Below are positions 36,701 through 45,232 of a DNA stretch of 64,000 nt, in pieces. A program made the translations under genes and the position numbers. The stretch's first letter is position 1. Each line of letters starts with the position of its first letter. Location of the stretch: NCBI GenBank assembly GCA_051942205.1, contig JAVECO010000132.1, positions 1-64,000 of the forward strand, given 5' to 3'. The notes under the pieces were generated by a model. That model saw only the letters and a list, made by a program, of their open reading frames with translations, was not told where the DNA came from and searched no databases. The stretch is from Coniocarpon cinnabarinum (taxonomy: Eukaryota).

Positions 36701-38707
36701 TTCGCCGAGGACGAAGTTCCCAGTACCTACGCCACTCCCACGGCACTGGGGAGTGGGACACCTTGGACGATGGCTCAGCCAGTGAAGAAGGCGATGGTCA
36801 ACTCATCTACACAGACTGCCATAACGAACGAACAGATTGAGAACTTACTCAAGGATCAGAAACGCCTCTCAGCTCAGAACAGCGTTGCGAACTCTCCTGC
36901 GCTTCCACGCACGCCCGCATCGAGTCGCGCCATGTCTATGTCTTCTTCTACTGATCCTAGTATGCTACGCTCGACAAGGCGCCCTGGCAGCAGCAGTGGC
37001 GCACCGAGCTTGAAATCGCTAGCTGCAGATGAGTCCCGAGTTGGCGTGCCACCACTACCTCCTGGCCACAAGGAGCTCATCGCGCAAGCCAAGGACCGGT
37101 CTTCGTCGCTGATGAACATGCCACCGCCGAATATGACTCCTGGCAAGTTTCCACGGGATCGCAGCTCTAGCCAGCTCGGAGCATCGCCTATGCGTGGGTC
37201 AGCCATCATCCAAAACACTGTTCGCAGTCGAACGTCGTCTATGGCTGGTACACTCATTTCTCGTCGCAGCTCAGTGTCTTCTTTCGCCTCTGAAATTGAC
37301 GAGCGTTTCGATGTTCCAGAATTCCACGGTTCCAACCTTGACCTCCCAGCTGGCCAGGGCGTGATTGCCGATCCCCGAATGATTCAAGCGATCACTCAAA
37401 CGATGATTGGGGAATTTTTGTGGAAGTACACGCGCAAAGCTGGACGAGGCGACGGCCACTCTCAAAGCCGCCACCGTCGTTTCTTCTGGATTCATCCCTA
37501 CACGAGGACACTGTACTGGTCCAACCAAGATCCGTCCGTGTCAGGCAAGGACGAGCTCAAAGCCAAGTCTGTGGCCATCACAGCAGTTCGTGTGGTCGGA
37601 GATGACAACCCAATTCCACCAGGCCTGTCAAACAAGAGCATCGTAGTCGTCACACCCGGTCGCTCCATCAAATTCACAGCCACCACCGCTCGCCGCCATG
37701 AAGTGTGGTTCAACGCACTCTCTTATCTCCTCCTCCGCTCCGCACCCGAGCGTGACGACGACATGACGCAGAATGCAAACGTGTACACCAATATCGCGTC
37801 CTACTCTCAAACGAACCTAGCGCACGACCGCTCAAACACAGCCTCTTCCAACATCACTGCCGATGACCTCGCAGATTTCACCCCCGGCACTAACACACGT
37901 ACTGGAAGCCGCCTCTCCTACCGCTCTAATAATTCAGCGGCTACCATCCGTCGATCAACCATCGCGAATCAACAACGCACTTCCTCCCCTCAAGGGCGTA
38001 GCCAGCCTAACAGTCTCGCTAATCGGCAAAGCCAAGCTGCGAAGCGCGTCACGAACAATACGCCTCAGCCCAGCCCATTGAAAACGAATCCACCCACCAC
38101 CGCCAACGACGCTACAAGACGCGCTAGTGCTCTCGCCTCAAGCGATGCGCCGGCTACCACCAACCCCCACACTCCGAGCGTCGATCAAGATGGGTTTAAG
38201 AAACCGATAAAGCCTGCTGCTCGTCCTGACAGTACAACGTCGAAAGAGGCGACTTCTGATCCTCCAGCAAAACAGGGGAAGCTCTCGAGCTTCACCTCGA
38301 GGATCAGTCGCGCCAGCTTTGCCAGTCTGGCTCGCGGGAGGAAACGAGCGGATCCTGATCCTTCTACCCCATCTGGCGCTTCTTCCAATGACAACACCGT
38401 CACGCAGAACACTCCTCATCGCAGCGACGAGCGGGACATGCCCGCCGATCCCGCAACCCTTGCAAGTCTCAACGGTACCGAGCACGGAGCGCGAACGGAA
38501 AAGGGAACGGAAAAGGAGAAAGACAAAGGACATGAACACGTCTACACTACGCACAAAAAGGAAGATGGAACGCTCGAAAATGTGAGGGCTTGTTGTGGGG
38601 GCCGTCATGATTTGGCGGAGTTGCGAAATCGGAGTGAGAGTCGTGCGAGTTTGAGGAGTACGCGGTCGCGACGGAGTTTGGCGCGGTTGAGTGGGAGTGT
38701 GGCTTGA
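33752..38707 (+). CDS. apsA: Cortical dynein anchor / nuclear migration protein ApsA (Num1/Mcp5)
   Basis: N-terminal coiled coil (DLEFATEISTSLLGQVR, LKSSLHHAHRMIQNLK), Mcp5-type PH domain (IQAITQTMIGEFLWKYTRK..RHRRFFWIHPYTRTLYWS) and ENVRACCGGRHDL. Confidence 0.95.
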   Translation: MATSHAQKTSEDDPFNVTPTSTNRERARSLRHSQLDPALLTSFTRGSPSQAKRALEAHLTDTDRRIQDASKLGTTLLEQKKQLAARLKDLESQKDDEEIGADLQQKLSELEKEYNEVGRETARAFIPKSSRGNINFNANDSERTPLAEKGASVNTDTKARIDSTEVNGKTTSRRARNQGHSNKHDLEFATEISTSLLGQVRGLQNTLVEKEDALKKLQRENTQMHADAEIFSQRMRGLDDQEQKYKDENWTLETQVQDLTVQIKELAMREQKLQTALNTANQQKSTSEREYEELKSQHSRLTEDHSTLQRSHDVHIADFKRDLDDGRTERDEMQRRIDELYSQNQDLAKAVAYRVKAEQGEGEDGIAEDDIVESVETETPEASPPASPTKATPRHGALESETLKSSLHHAHRMIQNLKNNMHREKTEKIELKRMLQDARDEIEQQRNGGTAAANAGRKRQPARAPDGFKKPGQPAKLGGARAMSEWEDYEGSPSQHLSAARDGDLTTDASDAFETADERGAGMQTETETDAAFESAADTMAGSTEDELTETEGDFNRSLSTSKSRASMGNRRNSLESTASDEGDAFDLTTPPRQPKYQLRLNRSSIQRDGTPSMRDSPASFVSNSSQPRSSFNLASELEGMDDASSRATSRATTLDRSPAPSLGAQTPATPKTPIMSRSDTVRSSVPPSPRKPAYVDSATSTDVWEPEPRVVEKVVEKVVEVPAEPRVVEKIVDRVVEVPSEPRVVEKLVEIPAEPKIVEKIVEKVVEVPVPAAATRDAATQPTPKKSEEHKAPSIAAQAAALRQDDSVVAPLQLSNISSQSTAPISIPKALTDRTVDIDTPTTPKRRTTDVLQDQFPVPGQENDDQSITPPAPSTSEDNKLAPSTQQFLNDILAQAHLKRAENDAQRSSTAGDFADTEASLAQRMAEQPASPVPSISITGGQAREPITPTRADTNEAHGQRQNVAAAQRNLQSPTTPSIRDSFAEDEVPSTYATPTALGSGTPWTMAQPVKKAMVNSSTQTAITNEQIENLLKDQKRLSAQNSVANSPALPRTPASSRAMSMSSSTDPSMLRSTRRPGSSSGAPSLKSLAADESRVGVPPLPPGHKELIAQAKDRSSSLMNMPPPNMTPGKFPRDRSSSQLGASPMRGSAIIQNTVRSRTSSMAGTLISRRSSVSSFASEIDERFDVPEFHGSNLDLPAGQGVIADPRMIQAITQTMIGEFLWKYTRKAGRGDGHSQSRHRRFFWIHPYTRTLYWSNQDPSVSGKDELKAKSVAITAVRVVGDDNPIPPGLSNKSIVVVTPGRSIKFTATTARRHEVWFNALSYLLLRSAPERDDDMTQNANVYTNIASYSQTNLAHDRSNTASSNITADDLADFTPGTNTRTGSRLSYRSNNSAATIRRSTIANQQRTSSPQGRSQPNSLANRQSQAAKRVTNNTPQPSPLKTNPPTTANDATRRASALASSDAPATTNPHTPSVDQDGFKKPIKPAARPDSTTSKEATSDPPAKQGKLSSFTSRISRASFASLARGRKRADPDPSTPSGASSNDNTVTQNTPHRSDERDMPADPATLASLNGTEHGARTEKGTEKEKDKGHEHVYTTHKKEDGTLENVRACCGGRHDLAELRNRSESRASLRSTRSRRSLARLSGSVA
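35866..36065 (+). repeat. Coding repeat EPRVVEK(V/I)VEKVVEVPA x ~4 in ApsA
   Basis: 51-bp units with one shortened 39-bp unit, visible in both DNA and protein. Confidence 0.9.
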
Positions 38708-39166
38708 TCTTTCTTTTCATGATTGTCTGAGGGGGATGGCGAAGAGAGACACTTGATATGATGTGGTGCAGGCGTGACGAGTACTTTGTGAATGAGTGGT
38801 TGAGTCAAGGGTGGGTGAGTGAGTGAGATACATACTGTGTGAAGAGTCGTTGGTGAGCGAAGAGTGTTGTGTCATTGAGGTGTAGAGGGACGTGTGGAGA
38901 TGTGAGGAGGAGAGTCAAGACTGACGGATACATACGCCTTTCCTTTGTTGCATTGTGGGACACAGCGTCATGAAGTTGATAAGATCAAAATGTGTAAGAG
39001 CGAGATGGGGATGCAATTTGTGAGAACAGAGGACAATAGAGACTACACCGAGTCGTGTTTTCATGAGCAATTCTACTGACTCATTCATTCCTTGATTACT
39101 CTTCTTGCATGGCTCTTCCCATTATGACCCCACTTCCAGAGTTATCATTGATTCGAGTCTTATCAT

Positions 39167-41761
39167 TCACGCCATTGCTAAAACACGAGCCGCAGTCTCG
39201 AATCCGCCACCAGCCTCTCTATTCACTTTCCCATTCTCACGCCCTTCATCGGCCCCAGTCGCTACCGAGTCACTGATATACTTCTCCAGCCACGCGACCT
39301 TTTGACCCGTTTTGGCTTCTCTCGCTTTAAACACGTCATCGCCAAAGAGATCAAATGCTTCGATCGTCCAAGGCCCTGTCTCTTCTTTTGACTCGTTTGT
39401 CGAATCGGATTCAGATTGTGGCTCGGTCTGTCGTGACGCTGCGCCTTTGTCTGGACGAGGCGCTAATGTGGATGCATATGATTTTGTGTTCGTCTTCTCG
39501 GCTGTTGTCACTGTTGTGGTTATCGGATTTTGCTGCTTAATAGATGTATTTGATGGACCTGCGACAGTGGCAGAGCGTCGGAGTGATTGCATGAGACGGG
39601 GCTTGGGATTGGGGTCGGATGCTTTACGTTTTGCACTCTTGGGGTGAGAGTTCAGGTTCGTAATGTGGGATGTTTGAGCGTCATGGGATTGGGCGTCAAC
39701 TGATTGCAGTTTTGAGCCAGTGGTGGCTTTCGTCGAAGGTAAGCGACGTCGTGGAGAGTCGGTGAATTGTCCATGCGATCGGCTTGAGTTGATGTCTGAG
39801 GGGCGTGAAATTTCTTGGAAAGCTTCTCCATCGCTGTCGTGGTAGTTTAATGACTCTTGTTCAGTGAGCACGCAGTCATCATGAGCAGCTCTCTCGCCAC
39901 GAGTGACGGATGTTTCACCCGAGACATTATCCACTGCTCCAGCACCCAACGTTGAAACTCGTGCTCGAGATGGAGGGCGGTCATGCTTCCCGTTGAGTCT
40001 AGATCCCGATTGGCCAAGCAAGTTTCGACCTTGTGCACGTTCTTGTGCCGCCCTCTCGGTGTGTTTCGCAGAGACTGCCGCCTGAGCGAGGAATTCGGCA
40101 TCTAGTCGGGCATGAGGAGGTAGTGAACGTCCCGATGTTGTGACAGGTCGATGGACGCGACAACCCAAATTGTCGGAACGGTCAAGTGCCTTGCGTCTGG
40201 CATTAGCCTCAGCTCTCTTCTCTTCTTGCGTCTCAAATGCAGGACTTGAGTCAACGGTGATGACATCCCCAGCTGCAGGCTCTCGATTCTGCTGAGCATT
40301 CAGACCGTTCAAGTTCCTTGACTCCGCTTGATTTTCGTGGCATTTGGAATCCTTTTCTTTGCTCGTTGATGTGATGTTAGTTGCGGGTAGGCTTAAATTC
40401 TCCAAACACGAAAGCTTCTTGCGTTCGGGGCGCGTGATAACACGTAATGTTCTTTCTTTCCGGTCTTCATCGTTGCTTTTCGCTGGTCGCTCGGCGCTTG
40501 ACCTGTGATTAGCAGCGGCAGCTTTGTCTTTTACAGGATCTTCTACAGTCGGGAGGTGATTCTTATTACCAACAGGGGGAGACTTCTGTCGAGATCGTGC
40601 TACTGGCATGTTCGGCTTTGCTGAATCAAACAGGGAGTTTGACTGGCGTTGTTTCAGTGGCTTTGCTACTCGCTTTGTTTGTTCTGAATCTCCGAGTAAA
40701 GGTTCATTTTGTTTTCCTCGCAAGTGATTCTTTCCAGATGTTGCTCTCAGCGAGTCAACAGCTGCCTTGTCAATATCCATAGGCATGTTTGTAGCACTTT
40801 CGGTTGACCTGTGATTGGCACTCTCGTTTCCGGGCATTGCAAACCAGCCATTGCGTGCTGGTACACCTTCGCGTCCTCGATTGTGCGCTGAATCAGCTGG
40901 GGTTGATTTCTTAGGCCGCTGCGCAGTAGTTTCAATTACGTTTCCCCCATCAGGCGAACTTGAAGCCGTCAAGTCGACGACATCTGCGACCCTCAATGTG
41001 CCTTGCTTGCGGCGCGCTGCAAGAAGTTTTTGTGCCAAAAGGGATGCCCCGCTGTTTCGCGAACTATTGCCGTCTCTCACTTCGGAGTCTTGTGCCTGTC
41101 CATGAGGAGCCTTGAGCTGGGCAGACCTGTGCTGAGCCGGTCTTGAGCTTCTGAGAACCTGCCAGAGAGGGATGTGATTCTCATCATTTCTAGGACGCTT
41201 CGAGGGTCGTCCTTCTTCTCGTAGTCGATCATCGCTGGGTTCGAGTGGAAGCTGAAGTCTTGCTTGACGCTCTTCGAATGGTGATTTGGTAGGCAGCTGT
41301 GCTCGACCAGTCAGAGGTCTGGGTGTCTTTGGCAATGCGTTTGGGTTTCGTGGAGTCAGTGTGCCTTGCCCTAGTCGTGCATTTCCAGGTGTTCCTGCAG
41401 AGACCCTCTTCTCTTTCTCCCTTCGATGATCCCACAAGCCCGTCAAGTCAGCTTCATTTGTTGCAATTTTCTCACACACTTGTACGAGGACCCCCGCCTT
41501 CTCCAGTATCACCTCGTCGCCGTCCTCAACAGCATCACTCTCTTGCCAATGTGTGTCCCCAATGAAGTTTCTAGGGAGATCATAGAGCATGATACGCTTA
41601 TTGAAAGTGTGAAAGCGGAGTAGACCATCTTGCCAGCGCTTTACATTTTTGCGGCGGATGTCGTACGTGTAGAGGCAATTGTGCTCGTAGACTGGCGAGG
41701 TGTTCTGTGTTGCTGGGATAGAAAGAGATGAGGTCGGACGACTGCCATTTGGCACCGTCAT
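39167..41761 (-). CDS. DUF2439-domain protein (Mte1/Dbl2/ZGRF1-N-like, DNA repair associated)
   Basis: N-terminal VYEHNCLYTYDIRRK..KRWQDG.LRFHTFNKRIMLYD...FIGDTHW, then a long disordered region and C-terminal GPWTIEAFDLF. First in-frame ATG is at 41761. Confidence 0.88.
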   Translation of the reverse strand: MTVPNGSRPTSSLSIPATQNTSPVYEHNCLYTYDIRRKNVKRWQDGLLRFHTFNKRIMLYDLPRNFIGDTHWQESDAVEDGDEVILEKAGVLVQVCEKIATNEADLTGLWDHRREKEKRVSAGTPGNARLGQGTLTPRNPNALPKTPRPLTGRAQLPTKSPFEERQARLQLPLEPSDDRLREEGRPSKRPRNDENHIPLWQVLRSSRPAQHRSAQLKAPHGQAQDSEVRDGNSSRNSGASLLAQKLLAARRKQGTLRVADVVDLTASSSPDGGNVIETTAQRPKKSTPADSAHNRGREGVPARNGWFAMPGNESANHRSTESATNMPMDIDKAAVDSLRATSGKNHLRGKQNEPLLGDSEQTKRVAKPLKQRQSNSLFDSAKPNMPVARSRQKSPPVGNKNHLPTVEDPVKDKAAAANHRSSAERPAKSNDEDRKERTLRVITRPERKKLSCLENLSLPATNITSTSKEKDSKCHENQAESRNLNGLNAQQNREPAAGDVITVDSSPAFETQEEKRAEANARRKALDRSDNLGCRVHRPVTTSGRSLPPHARLDAEFLAQAAVSAKHTERAAQERAQGRNLLGQSGSRLNGKHDRPPSRARVSTLGAGAVDNVSGETSVTRGERAAHDDCVLTEQESLNYHDSDGEAFQEISRPSDINSSRSHGQFTDSPRRRLPSTKATTGSKLQSVDAQSHDAQTSHITNLNSHPKSAKRKASDPNPKPRLMQSLRRSATVAGPSNTSIKQQNPITTTVTTAEKTNTKSYASTLAPRPDKGAASRQTEPQSESDSTNESKEETGPWTIEAFDLFGDDVFKAREAKTGQKVAWLEKYISDSVATGADEGRENGKVNREAGGGFETAARVLAMA

Positions 41762-42289
41762 TGTGCCATGTTCAGATTCCACCAAAGACAGTCAAAACTA
41801 CCAGGATCTGCTTAAAGAAATGATGGCTTCCCTCATTTCTAGCGTCGCGTACTTGCTTGAAAGTCTTGGCGCGATTTGTGGAGAGATCGACGCGATATCA
41901 CGTGTCTGGCACCTTGTTAGCAACTGCCCTACACAGAGCAACCTAAGCTCACAAGAAAGGATGGCTGGACGAGAACAGCAGTCGAATTCAGCGACACACC
42001 TCACGAATCGCAACAGTAATACGTTTTCGAAGAAATCGGCAGCACTATTGCAAAAGCTTGTCATGAAATTGTATGGTCATGGCATTCGTAGATTCAGTGC
42101 TTTCAAGAAGTCTTAAGCACGGGAAATAACTCCCATAATACATACTGAGGTAGTACATGCTAGTATCCGACGAGAGCAAAATTGGACATGACGCAGTCAC
42201 AAGAGACTTGGAGAATTGTCGTATCATCCGTGACGAGAACAAGATAGATCGTCGTAAAATCATTCCACCACATTTGCATCTCCTTCATT

Positions 42290-42605
42290 GATTTCCTGAG
42301 TCGATTTGCTGGACAGGCGTCGACAATGACCTTGATAGTACAGTGGATGTCCATAGAGTCGTACCATAGAGATCAGTGGCTCGTTGCGTTCATGCGGTGG
42401 TTCCACGTTCGTTGTGTTGCTTGACATGCGTCGACAGTCATCTTGATGGCACATTGGATGCTTACAGTGGTCGAACGGTCGATATTAATGCTTCATGGTG
42501 TTGATATAGTGGCTGTGCCTTCCTTGATCTGTTTGACGAGCGTCGACAATCACCTTGATAGTGCATTGGGTGTTCATTCTATCGACCGGTAGGGATCAGC
42601 CGATT
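42290..42605 (-). repeat. Degenerate tandem repeat, 3 copies, 111-112 bp period
   Basis: The shared core has GTCGAC at 42319, 42430 and 42542, within minus-strand CAyCCA.TG..CyATCAAG.T.AyTGTCGACGC. Confidence 0.85.
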
Positions 42606-42673
42606 GTGGTATTCCCGCTCTCCTGACAAGTTAGTGACTTCAAGAGTGACGTAATAATTCAAATACTCTTACC

Positions 42674-43066
42674 TTAGCGTTTTGACGGAACGCCGGTCGC
42701 TGAGCTCGATTTGCCCGCCTCGGTGTTTGAGCGTGGCGCCAATGAGTTGCTTGCGGAGCCATATTCTTCCTGTGCAGGGCGTGGCGTAGCTGGGCACCTT
42801 GGAGGCACTGCTTCCTGCGTCTGGGGGCCAGTGGATTGAGTCGCTGGCGTGGTCGGAGTGGTGCTGCTTGATGAGTTGCCGACCTTTGGCGTTGTGAGCC
42901 CCTGTTGAAGCCTGGTGGTGCAAATTGGGTGTCGCTCTGTTGGATACGTCATGCCACTCTTGATGTCCATATGGACGGCACAACCGCCGAAGCGGTAGTG
43001 GTAGTTGGGGCATTCGTAACGGCGCCAGTGCTTCTCGCACAAATCACAGTATCGTAGCAGACACAT
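42674..43066 (-). CDS. Small orphan protein (130 aa) with N-terminal Cys/His cluster
   Basis: ATG in ACAATG context. MCLLRYCDLCEKH..C..C..H..H..C followed by an S/T/P-rich tail. TATA-like CTTATATC and a CT-rich leader upstream, and a canonical intron just after the stop. Confidence 0.65.
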   Translation of the reverse strand: MCLLRYCDLCEKHWRRYECPNYHYRFGGCAVHMDIKSGMTYPTERHPICTTRLQQGLTTPKVGNSSSSTTPTTPATQSTGPQTQEAVPPRCPATPRPAQEEYGSASNSLAPRSNTEAGKSSSATGVPSKR

Positions 43067-43727
43067 TGTAGTGTGTTTGCTACGTGCTTTCTGTGGTGAA
43101 TGAACGTTAGCGGTACATCAAAAGCCGGTTAATCGCTACAGAGCAGGGAATATGGCAATGTGTGAGAGGGAGAAAAAGCGTACGTTCGGAAGAAGAGGGG
43201 GGAGCTTGATATAAGCTGAGACGGTCGGAGGTGAGAGGTGAAACACTTTCACAAGATACCGTAGCGAGCTGCGAGAAAGCGACAAGAGCTGTGGGGCTTC
43301 TGCAGGGTGAAAAGCTCGTGCAGGGCTGCGGAGAGAAAGCTTCAACGTCGAAGATAAGCAGGATTCAAAACAATTAGCACACAAAAATCGAATACAACGG
43401 TGTGATGTACACTTCTTTATCAAGAAAGCTAACGAAAGGAGTGAAAGAGTTTGTACAATTTCGGAAAGGAAGAGTGGCAGCAAAGTATTTTGAGAGCGGA
43501 CTTGAGAGGGGTCGACAGAAACTTTTTCAGGGATCGTCAAATTATCGGTAGCGAGGTGATGAGTTTGATTATCATCTTCACCTTCAACACGCAACGCGTC
43601 TCGATGATGACGTACCGCGTCGCCGCGCCGCATACGTTTGCTTCGTTCAAGGGATTGTAAGGGGGACATGGAAGACCGCAGCTTGGCAGTTCGGTCTGCA
43701 AAATTTTCAGATCGAGACACCGCATAC

Positions 43728-45062
43728 TTACAACCGAGCTTTCACGCCATGCCCTGAACCAGCCATCATAACGGCAAACTCGGACACTGCTGATACAAAC
43801 CTGTCAACATGACCCTGATCGTGATCTATATTCAATGAGACAAATCCTCTCGGGGCCAGATAGATGCCACGGGTGAGCATGTGATGCCAGAAAAGGGCTT
43901 TCCGCGTGTCGCTGTTCTCACCATCAAAATGCATAGCTAAGAGCGATCCTCGACCAGACATGTAGCATTTCGTGTTCCCTTGGCCAGTCAAGTTCGCCTG
44001 AGAAAGTGCTTCATTGACGCCTTCTTTCAGCCGCTCGCCAAGCGAGTTGACTCTCTCCATAGTAGGTCGACCATACACTTTCAAGGCTTCGCAGCCGGCT
44101 GCCATGGTCACAACGTTGTTATTGAAAGTGCCAGCGTGCGTGAGACCCTTGCCGTCGTTTCGATCTGGATCAAAAAGCTCCATGAGCTCTCTTCGTCCTC
44201 CGAATGCGCCAAAAGTCATGCCGCCACCAATCCATTTTCCCAATGTAATAAGATCAGCGCGCACACCAAGATGTTGACTGAGTCCACTGTAGGCAAGTCT
44301 GGAAGTCATAACTTCATCGCAGATGAGTATAGCTCCTCTAGCGGTCGCTTCACTGCGTAAGAACTTGAGAAAGTCACCAGAAGCGGGTATAGCACCTCCA
44401 GATCCTTGCATTGGCTCAACCAGAATGGCTGCCAACTGGTCTTTGCTGATAGAGTTCAGCACTGCGCGAGTGCCTTGTATGTCGTTGTAAGGCGCGACAA
44501 GCCATTGATGAGGCAGCAACATGGGATCTTCAGCATTGCCATTGCGAAATCCAATGGTTGATCCGTGGTAGCCACTACCAAAGACAAGGACCTTGCCTTG
44601 CTTACGCCCAGTGGATGCTTTCGCGGCAGCAACAGCTAACATGTTAGCCTCCGTGCCCGAATTGGTAAACCGAACAAGTTCCATCACAGGTCCAAATCGC
44701 TGGCAAACAAGGCTGGCAAGTTCTCGTTCGTAAGGATTCGGCCCACCAAAGTTGTAACCATGCGAAAGGGCGTCTTGTATCGCCTTGATTACTCTGGCAT
44801 TACGATGTCCAAGAAGAGCAGCAGTGTACTCTGATAGGAAGTCGATGTACGTGTGGCCGTCAGCAGTTCGTAGTCCAGCACCTTGAGCTTCGACGAACGT
44901 CAAGGGAAAGGGAGAGGCGTGTATGACTGTGCGTGTGTTGCCTCCAGGCAGGTGTGCTATGGCCTTTTGATGCGCTGATTTAGACTTTGGATGCGCCTTC
45001 TCATATTGTTTGAGGGTAACGTCAAGCGACATCTGGAGTGTTTGGCCAGACTGTGATGCCAT
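43728..45062 (-). CDS. PLP-dependent class-III aminotransferase (GSA-aminomutase-like / beta-amino acid transaminase-like)
   Basis: PGGNTR, RFTNSGTEAN, YHG, LVEPMQGSGG, ICDEVMTSRL, LGKWIGGG (PLP Lys) and HAGTFNNN. C-terminal -ARL. Confidence 0.93.
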   Translation of the reverse strand: MASQSGQTLQMSLDVTLKQYEKAHPKSKSAHQKAIAHLPGGNTRTVIHASPFPLTFVEAQGAGLRTADGHTYIDFLSEYTAALLGHRNARVIKAIQDALSHGYNFGGPNPYERELASLVCQRFGPVMELVRFTNSGTEANMLAVAAAKASTGRKQGKVLVFGSGYHGSTIGFRNGNAEDPMLLPHQWLVAPYNDIQGTRAVLNSISKDQLAAILVEPMQGSGGAIPASGDFLKFLRSEATARGAILICDEVMTSRLAYSGLSQHLGVRADLITLGKWIGGGMTFGAFGGRRELMELFDPDRNDGKGLTHAGTFNNNVVTMAAGCEALKVYGRPTMERVNSLGERLKEGVNEALSQANLTGQGNTKCYMSGRGSLLAMHFDGENSDTRKALFWHHMLTRGIYLAPRGFVSLNIDHDQGHVDRFVSAVSEFAVMMAGSGHGVKARL

Positions 45063-45232
45063 ATCTCTTTTGCGACTATTTCAAGATATGCTGCCAACGC
45101 TGCGTGAGAACAGCAATAGCCGTTCAGGCATACGGCACAGAACGTCAAGTGTTTCGCCACCACTAAAGAGAAGGCGAGGGTTCATCGAGAGGTGTAGCAA
45201 TGGTGGAGCTTGACCCCACAGTTTGGGTACGG

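Noticed and set aside
42290..42605. Regularly spaced repeat with palindromic GTCGAC core as a CRISPR-like array
   Set aside because: The copies are degenerate over the whole unit, the 'spacers' are partly homologous, and there are no cas genes. It is treated as a tandem duplication.
43136..43720. 194-aa minus-strand ORF between the aminotransferase and the small Cys gene
   Set aside because: No motif. It runs through terminator- and promoter-like CT-rich sequence and is probably spurious.
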